DNA of 17,653 bases, taken from a virus. The notes beneath the pieces were generated by a model. That model saw nothing but the letters and a program-made list of their open reading frames with translations, made no database searches and was not told the origin of the DNA. Below are positions 7,669 through 15,610 of the stretch, piece after piece. The stretch is from the IMG/VR virus record IMGVR_UViG_3300044445_000035; one strand, given 5' to 3'. Each line of letters starts with the position of its first letter. Position 1 is the first letter of the stretch. The translations under genes were made by a program, and so were the position numbers.

Positions 7669-8670
7669 TCAGCCCTCCGCGATGTAGGAAACGCCGGCCA
7701 CGTGAATGGTGGAGCCTGCGGACCACGAGCCGGTGAAGTTGAAAGCGAAGCTCGTCGGGACGATGCGCCCCGTGATCACGCCGTCGGCGAAGCTCACGAG
7801 GTTCATGCGCATGTTGGCTCGGGGGCGCACGCCCTCGGGGATTGTCCCGAGGGTCGTTCCCGCGGCGATCGAGGCCCCCGTGTTGTTGGTGATCTGCCCG
7901 AACCAGACGACCAGATTGCTTCCCGCGAACTTGCGAGCGGTGAAGCTCTGGCCGTCGCTCATCATGGGCACGAGAACGTCGGTGTACGCGGCGCTCGATC
8001 CGGCAGGCCCAGCGGGTCCCTGAGCGCCAGTCGCGCCCGTGTCACCCTTCGGGCCCTGGACACCTTGAATGCCCTGCGCTCCGGTGTCACCTTTCGGGCC
8101 GGTAGTCCCGGTGTCGCCCTTAGGACCTTGGATACCCTGTGGACCCTGAAGTCCGGTGTCACCCTTGATAGCCCCAATATTGTTCGCGTAGACCCACTGG
8201 CCGCTCGTGTATTGGAAGAAGTCTCGGCTGTCCGGATAGAGGAAGATATCTCCCTCAATCGGGTTGGCTACGTTGACGTAATCCGGGTTGGCAGCTTCGC
8301 TATGGAACCAGCGCCCCCCACGGATGCCCTGTGCTCCCGTGTCACCTTTCGCGCCCTGGATGCCCTGGGCGCCCTGTGATCCCGTGTCACCCTTCGCGCC
8401 CTGAGTGCCGGTGCCGCCCGTCAAGCCCGGCGGGCCTTGGGCGCCGGGCACACCCTGAACGCCTTGCGCTCCCGTCTCACCCTTCTCACCGGGGATACCC
8501 TGCGGTCCCTGTGCTCCTGTGTCGCCCTTCGCGCCCTGGATACCCTGCGGTCCAGCCGGACCCTGAGGGCCAGGTGACCCCGTGCCGCCTCCGGGTGCGG
8601 AGGTGAGAGGGGTGAGCACGAGACGGTCGCGTTCGTTGCTCTTTTCGAGGTCGATCCCGAGAATCGTCAT
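7669..8670 (-). CDS. Collagen-like (Gly-X-Y) repeat protein with a globular C-terminal domain; head fibre, decoration or fibre-like protein, 333 aa
   Basis: There are two G-X-Y tracts: residues 28-118 (about 30 triplets) and 166-224 (about 19 triplets). They are split by a 47-residue non-collagen insert (RWFHSEAANPDYVNVANPIEGDIFLYPDSRDFFQYTSGQWVYANNI). The last 109 residues are beta-rich. Confidence 0.8.
   Translation of the reverse strand: MTILGIDLEKSNERDRLVLTPLTSAPGGGTGSPGPQGPAGPQGIQGAKGDTGAQGPQGIPGEKGETGAQGVQGVPGAQGPPGLTGGTGTQGAKGDTGSQGAQGIQGAKGDTGAQGIRGGRWFHSEAANPDYVNVANPIEGDIFLYPDSRDFFQYTSGQWVYANNIGAIKGDTGLQGPQGIQGPKGDTGTTGPKGDTGAQGIQGVQGPKGDTGATGAQGPAGPAGSSAAYTDVLVPMMSDGQSFTARKFAGSNLVVWFGQITNNTGASIAAGTTLGTIPEGVRPRANMRMNLVSFADGVITGRIVPTSFAFNFTGSWSAGSTIHVAGVSYIAEG
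7999..8175 (-). repeat. Coding tandem G-X-Y repeat tract 2 of the collagen-like gene
   Basis: Residues G166..G224 with four KGDTG units. Near-identical DNA units such as ggtgtcaccctt/ggtgtcaccttt recur. Confidence 0.8.
8317..8589 (-). repeat. Coding tandem 9-nt (G-X-Y) repeat tract 1 of the collagen-like gene
   Basis: Recurring GGnGAyACnGGn / KGDTGAQG-encoding units. Codon positions were verified against the translation (G28..G118). Confidence 0.8.
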
Positions 8671-8706
8671 GCTGTGCTCACCCCTCTCAATCTCTGTGGT
8701 CTGTGC

Positions 8707-10458
8707 TTACGCGGCGGTGCCGATGAAGACGGTCGACTCGGGGCGGACGATGAACGTCTCGACGAAGCCGACGATCGAACGGTCGAGACCGAACTTCGCC
8801 ACCTCGACGGCGTCGATCTGGATCGGCGTCTCGCCCAGCTCCTTGAACTCGACGGCAGCCTTCGCGCCCGCGGCGACCTGCGGGTTCGCGGCGTTGGTGC
8901 CGGGGAAAGCCGACTGCGGGGCCTTCTTGACGACGACCTTGCCGTCGACGTTCGCCTCTCCGGTGCCGACGCCGACCTGCAGGGAGATGAACTCCGGCAG
9001 CAGCTCCTTCGGGGTGTAGATGAGCTGCGCCCACAGCACCGGGTTCACGATCGCCCACGAGGGGTCGTCGTCGGCGTCCGAGATCGCCTCGATCGCCTGG
9101 ATGAGCTGCACGACGCCGGGGTAGTAGGCGGAGTTCGCGGGCGTACCGGCGGGCAGCGAGCCGGGGGCGACGCGAGCCGAGAGGGCGGCGCCGTCGCGGT
9201 TCATCGCGACGCGAATGAGGGTGTCGCGCGCCTCGATGTCGGTCACCTTCGCGTAGCTGTCCGCGACGCCCTGCCAGAACTGCTGCATGATGTCGGCGCC
9301 GCCGGTGAGGTAGTTCCACTCCTGCGCGATGTCGGCGGCGTAGCCGTAGCTGTCACGGGTGGAGCTGCGCTTGCTGCTCGTCGCCGAGCCGGTCGGCAGC
9401 TCCTTCTTCTCGCCCGTGGTGCGCTTCTGCACGAGGCCCTCGGTGTCGTTCAGGCGGTAGCCCTCACGGCCGTTGATGTCGATCGGGCCGTAGACGTGCG
9501 TCGCGAGGTCGATGAACTTGCGGACGTAGCGCTTGCCCTGCCAGAGGCGGCCGACCCACGCCTTCGGGACCACGCCGTTCGAGAGGCTGCCGCCGGTCGT
9601 GATGTCGGCGAGGGCCATGAGAGCGCCCTCGGTGTCCTGGGATCGGGCGTTCTTCATCGCGTGCATGGCCGCGAAGAACGCGTTCATGTCGATGTCGGCG
9701 GGCTCGGGCGCGGGGGCCGGGGCACCGCTGAACAGGGCGGGGGCTGCGGGGGTCTGCGTCTCCGCGGGAGCGGCGGCAGCGGTCATGGTCTCCTCCTCGG
9801 AGTCGGTGGGGTTGGTGTCCTCGGCCGAGGTTTCGGCGTCGGTGATCTTCTCGACGGTGGACTTGCTGCTGTACTCCTCGATGCGGCGCCAGCGGACGCC
9901 CTCGGAGTCGGTGAATTCCGAGACGGTGCGGGAGCTGTTGTCGCGGTCGGGGGCGCTGTATTCGTCGGACGCGGGCACGTCGGTGGTGAACTCGACGTTC
10001 TGGCCGGGGGCGAGGGAGAACAGAGCGGCGGACTCGAACGCGCCGTCGATGCACACCGCTGCGCCGGTGAGGCGGGAGCGGACGGCGTTCGCGCCGTTGC
10101 GCACGAGGGATCCCAGCTCGGCCGAGAGCTTTCGCTTCCCGGTGCCGTCGCCGTAGGACGCGAGGAAGGCATCGCCTTCGTCGGTGTTCGCCACAGCGAA
10201 GCGGCCCACGACACCGGCGTCGGTCATCGTGAACGCAACGCCGCGACCGAGGGGGTTGAACCGGTCGTGCTCGTCATTCAGCGTGACGATCGAGGGATCG
10301 CGCGGCAGCGCCACGGCGGAGGCCGAGAACATGACGGGCTCAGTGCCGGAGAGGTTCGGGCGGGACAGCTCACCGAAGGGCAGCAGTAGGCCCTCGATCT
10401 CGCGAGAGTCGCCGACGCGGGAGAACAGACCGGCCTCGGTCGTAACAGTCGTGGTCAT
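8707..10458 (-). CDS. Prohead protease - scaffold-like linker - major capsid protein fusion, 583 aa
   Basis: The first ~170 residues look like an HK97-type prohead protease (EIEGLLLPFGELSRPN...VTLNDEHDRFNPLGR...). An acidic Ala/Pro linker follows (DAETSAEDTNPTDSEEETMTAAAAPAETQTPAAP). The last ~330 residues resemble an HK97-fold capsid protein. There is an ATGA overlap with the portal stop, and no separate protease or capsid ORF exists elsewhere. Confidence 0.75.
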   Translation of the reverse strand: MTTTVTTEAGLFSRVGDSREIEGLLLPFGELSRPNLSGTEPVMFSASAVALPRDPSIVTLNDEHDRFNPLGRGVAFTMTDAGVVGRFAVANTDEGDAFLASYGDGTGKRKLSAELGSLVRNGANAVRSRLTGAAVCIDGAFESAALFSLAPGQNVEFTTDVPASDEYSAPDRDNSSRTVSEFTDSEGVRWRRIEEYSSKSTVEKITDAETSAEDTNPTDSEEETMTAAAAPAETQTPAAPALFSGAPAPAPEPADIDMNAFFAAMHAMKNARSQDTEGALMALADITTGGSLSNGVVPKAWVGRLWQGKRYVRKFIDLATHVYGPIDINGREGYRLNDTEGLVQKRTTGEKKELPTGSATSSKRSSTRDSYGYAADIAQEWNYLTGGADIMQQFWQGVADSYAKVTDIEARDTLIRVAMNRDGAALSARVAPGSLPAGTPANSAYYPGVVQLIQAIEAISDADDDPSWAIVNPVLWAQLIYTPKELLPEFISLQVGVGTGEANVDGKVVVKKAPQSAFPGTNAANPQVAAGAKAAVEFKELGETPIQIDAVEVAKFGLDRSIVGFVETFIVRPESTVFIGTAA

Positions 10459-11543
10459 GGGGTTACCTCCTCCGAGGCGTCGCCCGCCTCGGGGTCGATG
10501 GATGTCGGGGCGGGCACGGAGAAATGCGAGAGATCGGCGCGCACCTCGGCACCGGGGCCGACCACGTCGTCACCGGAGAGGGCCGCGACGATCGCATAGG
10601 CGTACTCCGCCGATCCGTACGTCCACAGCTCCGACTGCCGGTCGTTCTCGTTCGAGTAGGACATCTGCCCGCCGCCGCCCTTGGACGACGACTCGACGAA
10701 GCTCGCGGGCACGCCCGCGTGCATCGCCAGCTCGCGCGAGAGCGACGCCTTCGCGTCCTCGAAGAGGTCGAGCTGGCCGGTGATGCCCCGCTCTTTCACG
10801 TCGATGTAGGACGGGGTGACGGAGACGGAGGTCTTCTGTCGGACCTCGACGTACCCCGTCGCGAGCGTTTCCTTCTCCGCCTTCGTCATCCCGTCGTACT
10901 TCGCGTCGGTGACGTGCAGCTCGGTCGCCGCGGGCGGGGCGTCCAGGCGGGATTGGCGGGCGGCTTCGAGCTTGCGGGCCTGGCGGATCGCGTCGATGCC
11001 GTCGACCATGACGCCGTTCGCGCCGAGGGGGACGACGACAATCCGCATGCGGTACTCGTCGGGGATGGACTCGTGCAGGGTGATCGCCTGCGTCTGCGTG
11101 TTCATCGTCCACAGGTGGCGGGGGACGGGCACCCAATCCCAGACGTTGCCGTTCACGTCGAGGCGGCAGGCGAGAACTCCGAAGCCCTCCCAGAACAACT
11201 CTTCGACGAGCTTCTTGTAGGCGATGTACCGGCTCATGCCGGGGTACGCGCACGATGCCACCCAATACGGCTGCACCGGGTTGGGCTCGTCCGCGCCGGG
11301 GGTCCACTGCTCGAAGCGGAGCGGGGCGACAAGCGCCTGATGTGCCTTGACCGCGCGCTTCAGCTCGGGGACGCGAGGCGCGTTGTCCCGGGTGACAGCC
11401 TCTTTCGGGAGGTGGCCGACGATGTCACCGACGATCGCCTGCGCGAGGCTGTCACCCGATCCGGGAGCCGCGAGGGCGGGCGCGCCGACGGATGCCGAGG
11501 GTGAGGGCTTCCCCAACAGCCAGTCAACAAACGCATTCGCCAC
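10455..11543 (-). CDS. Portal protein, 362 aa
   Basis: It lies between the terminase and the capsid gene, has a typical size and an acidic C-terminus. GTG start with a weak Shine-Dalgarno. The call is synteny-based. Confidence 0.7.
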   Translation of the reverse strand: MANAFVDWLLGKPSPSASVGAPALAAPGSGDSLAQAIVGDIVGHLPKEAVTRDNAPRVPELKRAVKAHQALVAPLRFEQWTPGADEPNPVQPYWVASCAYPGMSRYIAYKKLVEELFWEGFGVLACRLDVNGNVWDWVPVPRHLWTMNTQTQAITLHESIPDEYRMRIVVVPLGANGVMVDGIDAIRQARKLEAARQSRLDAPPAATELHVTDAKYDGMTKAEKETLATGYVEVRQKTSVSVTPSYIDVKERGITGQLDLFEDAKASLSRELAMHAGVPASFVESSSKGGGGQMSYSNENDRQSELWTYGSAEYAYAIVAALSGDDVVGPGAEVRADLSHFSVPAPTSIDPEAGDASEEVTP

Positions 11544-11595
11544 GGCATGAATGTAGCATTGTGCTCACTCGAAACGCGTAGTGCTGCGCACATTG

Positions 11596-13236
11596 CTACG
11601 CACCGGCGAAGATATCGGCCAGCGAGCCAATCTCCGTCTCATCCTCAAGGGCGTACAGCGCACGCGATATCGCTTCGACCGGCGTCACGTCATCGTCGGG
11701 TCGGGACCTCTCGTCGGGTCGACCGAAGCCGAACGATCCGGTCTCGCCGAGCTTGCGCTTCACGGCGATGTCGGCGGCGTCGTCGAGGGGCTGCTGCGAG
11801 TAATGCTCGAAGCTGCCCTCTTTGAGGAGCTTGAGCATGAGCACGGTGGCGCGCCCGACGTCGCGAGTTCCGAGGGAGCGCGCCTGAATCGGGGGAGCGG
11901 ACGCGAGCAGCGGGCCGATCTCGACGGCCTCAGGGGATCGCCGGTCGTCGTAGACGATCCGGCGTTGGTGCTTCCGGTAGGTGAGGAGGATCTGATTCCG
12001 AAGGCCGTCCACGCCCTCCTGATGGTGCAGCAGCGCGGCGTGACGGCGCTCGCCCTCGCCCTTCCACGCCGCCGCGATCGAGGCCCAGCGTCCGTCAGGG
12101 TGGATCGCCACCGCGACCGCCATGAGCGACGGGAGTTCGAGGGTCGCCAGCTCAGCGGCGGGGCGGGCGGCGTCCTTCCAGTGCTTCGAGGGGATGAGGG
12201 CGGTGTTCGATCCCTCCTCGCCGATCTTCCCCAGGTACTCCGCGTCGAACGCGCCGGGGGTGACCTTCATCGCCTTCCAGTTGTCATGCACGTCGGACAG
12301 CGGCGTCGTGTACCCGATGCCCGGGTGGTACAGCTCGACCAGCTCGCGGACCCGCGCGCGGGGGTGCGCGTCGTCGGGCTCCCACGCCTCAAGCTCCTCG
12401 GGGTCGGTGTCGTCGGGGATGCCGTGCCGGAGGATGCCCGCTCCTTCCATCGTGAGGAGGTTCCACAGCAGATTCCCGCGGCGGAAGTCCGGGGCCGTGC
12501 CGGACCCGATCATCTGCGGGCGGTCGCGACCGTCGAGCGTGGGAGGGATCGAGGTCATGAGGTCGGCGCCGACGTCGGGCGTCGCGTCCTGCGCCTCGTC
12601 GACCCACGCGATGTCGTACGCGCCCGAGGTGAACGCCTCGTTCCCCGGCGCGTAGGCGTTGAAGTAAGTCCCGCGGTCGCGCCACTCGATCGCCTCCTGA
12701 CCCTTGCCCTTGTTGATCACGAACGGCCGCGTCTTCGGGTCGGGGTAGAGCCGTTCGAGGTGGTTGACGATGTCCTTCCGGAATCGCTCGCCGGTCTTCT
12801 GTCCGCCGTCGCGCTTCGTCATCGTCCACCCGACGAGGTAGTCATCGCGGAACGTGCATCGTCCGAGGATGACCGCTTGCACGGCTGTCGTCTTCGTGGT
12901 GCGCCGGGGCTCGAGAATCGCGTTGAACTTCCGACCGGCGTTCAGCATGTCGGCGATCACGAGCTGCACGGGCGAGGGACCGAAACCCCCGTCCGAGCGG
13001 CGGCGGCGATCCATGCGGAGCAACCTCGCACCCTCCAGGAACTCCCGCCGGGTGTTCTCGGTCGTGACCAGCTCGGTGACCTGAGACGCGACCGGGATCC
13101 GCGACCGCCACTCGACCCATGTCCCCTCGTCCTGAAGGTCGCTGAGCGTCGGCAGAGCGCGGGTCACGGGGTCCACCCCTCGGGGAGGGGGGCGCGTGTT
13201 GAGGCGAAGCCGGGGGTTGCCGAGGGAGGCCCCCAA
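11596..13236 (-). CDS. terL: Terminase large subunit; start uncertain (TTG 13236 or GTG 13167)
   Basis: Walker A-like AILEPRRTTKTTAV, Walker B YDIAWVDEAQD, and a C-terminal nuclease-like region. GTG 13167 has a GAGGGG motif upstream and would give 523 aa. Confidence 0.8.
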   Translation of the reverse strand: MGASLGNPRLRLNTRPPPRGVDPVTRALPTLSDLQDEGTWVEWRSRIPVASQVTELVTTENTRREFLEGARLLRMDRRRRSDGGFGPSPVQLVIADMLNAGRKFNAILEPRRTTKTTAVQAVILGRCTFRDDYLVGWTMTKRDGGQKTGERFRKDIVNHLERLYPDPKTRPFVINKGKGQEAIEWRDRGTYFNAYAPGNEAFTSGAYDIAWVDEAQDATPDVGADLMTSIPPTLDGRDRPQMIGSGTAPDFRRGNLLWNLLTMEGAGILRHGIPDDTDPEELEAWEPDDAHPRARVRELVELYHPGIGYTTPLSDVHDNWKAMKVTPGAFDAEYLGKIGEEGSNTALIPSKHWKDAARPAAELATLELPSLMAVAVAIHPDGRWASIAAAWKGEGERRHAALLHHQEGVDGLRNQILLTYRKHQRRIVYDDRRSPEAVEIGPLLASAPPIQARSLGTRDVGRATVLMLKLLKEGSFEHYSQQPLDDAADIAVKRKLGETGSFGFGRPDERSRPDDDVTPVEAISRALYALEDETEIGSLADIFAGA

Positions 13237-13264
13237 AAAACGGCGGGCTCGCGGGTGTTCGGTG

Positions 13265-13564
13265 TCACGCCCATGCGGGTGTCACCATTCCTGTCTGTCG
13301 TGCCTTGCGGCGTTGGTTCGTGATGCGAGCGCCGAGGCGTCCGCCGTGGCTGCGGTTCTCCCCGCGGTGCTCGGGTGCCGCGTTGTCCAGCCCCTCGCCG
13401 CCGTTCACGTTGAGGTGGCCCACGTCCCACCGCTGACCCGGCTCGATGAGGTAGCCGCACCGCCAGCACGGCACGTCCTCGCCCCGCGCGTGGGCCTGTG
13501 CGACCTGCGTGCGGACGATCTTGCACGTGCGCCGCCACTCGGGGCTCTGATGCTTCGCAGTCAT
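13265..13564 (-). CDS. HNH endonuclease, 99 aa
   Basis: CWRCGYLI...WDVGHLNVNGG...NAAPEHRGENRSHGG matches the phage HNH layout (CxxC, D-x-x-H, N, H). An AGGAGAGG Shine-Dalgarno lies 9 nt upstream of the ATG. It sits immediately upstream of terL, as in HNH-dependent cos packaging modules. Confidence 0.7.
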   Translation of the reverse strand: MTAKHQSPEWRRTCKIVRTQVAQAHARGEDVPCWRCGYLIEPGQRWDVGHLNVNGGEGLDNAAPEHRGENRSHGGRLGARITNQRRKARQTGMVTPAWA

Positions 13565-13621
13565 TGCTCTGTACCTCTCCTGCTCATCCCTCTTCGTCCC
13601 TCATCTGTGGGGCCGCTGCGG

Positions 13622-13668
13622 GTGTACCCGTGTACCCGCCCCTAAGGGGCGGGGGTACACAGGTACAC
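13622..13668. promoter_or_regulatory. Large imperfect inverted repeat (hairpin or cruciform) built from GTGTACC / GGTACAC units
   Basis: The left arm is GTGTACC-C-GTGTACCC-GCCCC, the loop is TAA, and the right arm is GGGGC-GG-GGGTACAC-A-GGTACAC. The arms are about 21 nt, with one 2-nt bulge and one mismatch. Confidence 0.7.
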
Positions 13669-13687
13669 TCCGGCGGCTGGGGCAGTG

Positions 13688-13734
13688 GTGTACCGGGTAC
13701 GTACCTCAGGTACGTCAGGTACGCCGGGTACGCC
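13688..13734. repeat. Iteron-like GGTAC(G/A) direct repeat array, including three units at 9-bp spacing
   Basis: The sequence reads GTGTACC GGGTACGTACC TCAGGTACGT CAGGTACGC CGGGTACGC C. GGTACG starts at 13696, 13709, 13718 and 13727. The array overlaps the last codons (RTRRT*) of the ATPase gene. Confidence 0.7.
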
Positions 13735-14992
13735 ATTCCCGAAGGGCTGTCTGAGCTCGGGTGTCGCCCCACGCCATGCGGTCCTTCACGTCTCGAACGC
13801 TCTTCGGTGCGGGGTCCAGACCGTCGAGGGTGGCGATGTCGGCCTCGAGAGCGGCGGCCGCGCGGGCCTCCTTGTCGGCCTGGATCTCGGTCGCGCTCTT
13901 GCCTCGGGTGAAGCGCACGTTCAGCTCCTCGGACATGACCGGCGTCAGGCTGCCGTCGTCGGCGGTGTCGACCCGCTCGATCGGGTGCGTGAACTGCACG
14001 AACGCCGCCACGGAGCGCGCCTCTCGGTGCCCGCCTCGGTCCTTCGCGACGGTGATGGTCACGTACCCGTTTGCGCTCCTCGAGAATGGCTCAATGACGT
14101 TCAGCACGTACTGCGCCCCGGTGATCGCGGCGCGCTTGCGCTGCGAGCCGATGGGCCAGAGCCCGCCGTCATCGCTCTTCGTCATGTGATCGAGCAACAC
14201 GACGCACGCGCCAGCATCCGCGAGGGGGTGCGGGATCTGCTGGAACCAGGCCGCGACCTCCTCATCCGCGTTCTGGTTCTTCCCCGCGGCGGCGATCGAC
14301 TCACCCGTCGAGTCCACGATGACCAGCGCGTCGGGTGTCGCCCTGACCCGCTCGATCATCGCCTCGATCCCGGCCCGGTCGTGGCCCTCGGGGTGGACGT
14401 AGTGGAACCGTCCTCGCACATGGTCCGAGGGAACGCGCAGGACGCTGACCAGACGTTGCAACGCGAGAGCCGCGGTGTCTTCATAGTCGAGGTAGTAGAC
14501 GTGCTTCCCGGCGGCCAGGTGCTCGGCTGCGGTCGCGAGCACGACCCAGCCCTTACCGCCGCCGGACTCACCCGCGAGGCCGTTCACGCGCCCAGCGTAG
14601 AAGAGTCCGCCGCCTCCGTCGTCGACCTGGCCCACGGTCGGCACCGGCAGCGTGAGCGTCCCGGCGTCGATCTGGTCGAGGATGTCGTCGAGCGGGTGAT
14701 CGTCCCAGCTCGCCGCGTCTCCACTGCCGAACGTGACGGAAGAGCCGCCTCGATCGCTCGCGGGCACCTCGGACGGATCGACTGTTGCGTCGTAGGTCTG
14801 GAAGAGTGCCTTTCGCCACCGCTGCTCTCGGGTCGAGATCCGCTGGCCTGTCGTCGGGTCGTAGCCCTCGAAGGCCCACGTCTCGCGCTCGACGTATCCC
14901 CACGTCATCCACTCGTCGGGCTGCTGATAACCGTCGTCCTCGAACTCGGCAAGGCGGTTCGATGAATAGACCACGGTTGCTCCTCCGGTCAT
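13715..14992 (-). CDS. RepA/DnaB-like RecA-fold ATPase (AAA_25-type replication protein), 425 aa
   Basis: Walker A GLAGESGGGKGWV, Walker B PDALVIVDSTGES, and a downstream LLDHMTKS motif. I place the start at ATG 14992, which forms an ATGA overlap with the upstream ORF stop. The track ORF extends to 15118 with an Arg/Pro-rich, non-coding-looking N-terminus. Confidence 0.75.
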   Translation of the reverse strand: MTGGATVVYSSNRLAEFEDDGYQQPDEWMTWGYVERETWAFEGYDPTTGQRISTREQRWRKALFQTYDATVDPSEVPASDRGGSSVTFGSGDAASWDDHPLDDILDQIDAGTLTLPVPTVGQVDDGGGGLFYAGRVNGLAGESGGGKGWVVLATAAEHLAAGKHVYYLDYEDTAALALQRLVSVLRVPSDHVRGRFHYVHPEGHDRAGIEAMIERVRATPDALVIVDSTGESIAAAGKNQNADEEVAAWFQQIPHPLADAGACVVLLDHMTKSDDGGLWPIGSQRKRAAITGAQYVLNVIEPFSRSANGYVTITVAKDRGGHREARSVAAFVQFTHPIERVDTADDGSLTPVMSEELNVRFTRGKSATEIQADKEARAAAALEADIATLDGLDPAPKSVRDVKDRMAWGDTRAQTALREWRTRRT

Positions 14993-15270
14993 GCGCTTAC
15001 CTGCGGGGCGGAGCGGCCTCGACCTGCGCGCTCCGCGAGAAGCTCGAGGCACCGCCGTTGCGTCTTCTCGCCGGTCGGGCGGATCGACTCGGGGTTGTCG
15101 TCGTGGCGCGAGCTGCACTCACAGCACGGCTGATCGCGCCAGCTCTCGAAGCTGCGCTGTCCGCCAGCCTCGAAGTAGTCGATGAAGGCAGAGACCTCAT
15201 CGCTCAGACGGTTCCAGGCGTCGCTACCGGGCTGAATGTCGGGGCGTTCGTGGCCCTCGCACGCGCTCAC
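14989..15270 (-). CDS. Hypothetical Cys-containing protein, 93 aa
   Basis: High GC3 throughout, GTG start in a GTGA overlap with the upstream micro-ORF, and stop in an ATGA overlap with the ATPase gene. It contains a CCECS cluster. I recognise no family. Confidence 0.6.
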   Translation of the reverse strand: MSACEGHERPDIQPGSDAWNRLSDEVSAFIDYFEAGGQRSFESWRDQPCCECSSRHDDNPESIRPTGEKTQRRCLELLAERAGRGRSAPQVSA

Positions 15271-15392
15271 AGCGACACCGCCGTAAGGCCGACGATGAAA
15301 CCCCAGGCCCAGCCGACTGCACCAGCGAGCGAGAGAGTCCCGACGAATGCGAGGGTGACGACCGCGGCCTCAAGGCGCGACGGGGCGCTCAT
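15267..15392 (-). CDS. Micro-ORF for a 41-aa single-pass membrane peptide; absent from the ORF track
   Basis: My translation is MSAPSRLEAAVVTLAFVGTLSLAGAVGWAWGFIVGLTAVSL. The start is in an ATGA overlap with the upstream stop and the stop is in a GTGA overlap with the next start, so it exactly bridges two coupled genes. Confidence 0.5.
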   Translation of the reverse strand: MSAPSRLEAAVVTLAFVGTLSLAGAVGWAWGFIVGLTAVSL

Positions 15393-15610
15393 CGCTGACC
15401 GCCCCGGACAATGAGGACCGTCAGACGCGACGCCTGAGCGTCGGTGAGGGCGGGTGCGCCGTCGAGGTTGCGGCGGATCGCCTGTTCGATGTTGGCGGCG
15501 GCGAGGTCACGACGCGCGTCGCGAGTGCTGGGGTGATCTTCGCCGTGCAGGTGGCGACGGCGGCTGTAGCTGCCCGCGGCCTGTCGGACGGTGGGGTGGT
15601 CGGTAGACAC
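15389..15610 (-). CDS. Hypothetical small protein, first gene of the early/replication operon, 73 aa
   Basis: GTG start with a strong AAGGAG Shine-Dalgarno 6 nt upstream, and high GC3. I recognise no family; it could be a small regulator or a recombination directionality factor. Confidence 0.6.
   Translation of the reverse strand: MSTDHPTVRQAAGSYSRRRHLHGEDHPSTRDARRDLAAANIEQAIRRNLDGAPALTDAQASRLTVLIVRGGQR

Noticed and set aside
8674-10389. Very long plus-strand ORFs antisense to the structural genes: 8674..10389 (571 aa), 11581..13323 (580 aa), 1877..3169 (430 aa), 13685..14965 (426 aa), 10524..11504, 3359..4237 and 6499..7299
   Set aside because: Their translations are Arg/Gly/Asp/Val/His-rich low-complexity strings with no motifs. 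Each mirrors a minus-strand ORF that carries clear family signatures, ribosome-binding sites and coupled starts. This is the usual stop-codon-poor antisense artefact of high-GC DNA.
11544-11595. An AT-richer 52-bp terL-portal spacer with a GCATTGTGC...GCACATTGC imperfect stem
   Set aside because: The stem is 9 bp with a mismatch, has a long loop and no U-tract. It is plausibly a minor RNA structure or processing site, but there is not enough evidence for a feature call.
13237-13264. A T6 run (minus strand GCCCGCCGTTTTTTGGGGG) between HNH and terL, as a terminator or slippery site
   Set aside because: I could not pair a convincing stem upstream of the T-run, and a terminator between HNH and terminase would be functionally odd. 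It may simply be part of the terL translation-initiation region, and the terL start is left ambiguous.
13622-13734. The GTAC repeat block as a CRISPR array
   Set aside because: The units are only 7-9 bp, directly abutting or inverted, and have no 25-40-bp spacers. No cas genes are present.
13584-13772. A 62-aa minus-strand ORF covering the GTAC repeat region (and plus-strand ORF 13498..13911)
   Set aside because: Its sequence (YPAYLTYLRYVPGT...) is simply the repeat array translated. It has no Shine-Dalgarno and overlaps the 3' end of the ATPase gene, so the region is better explained as a non-coding cis element.
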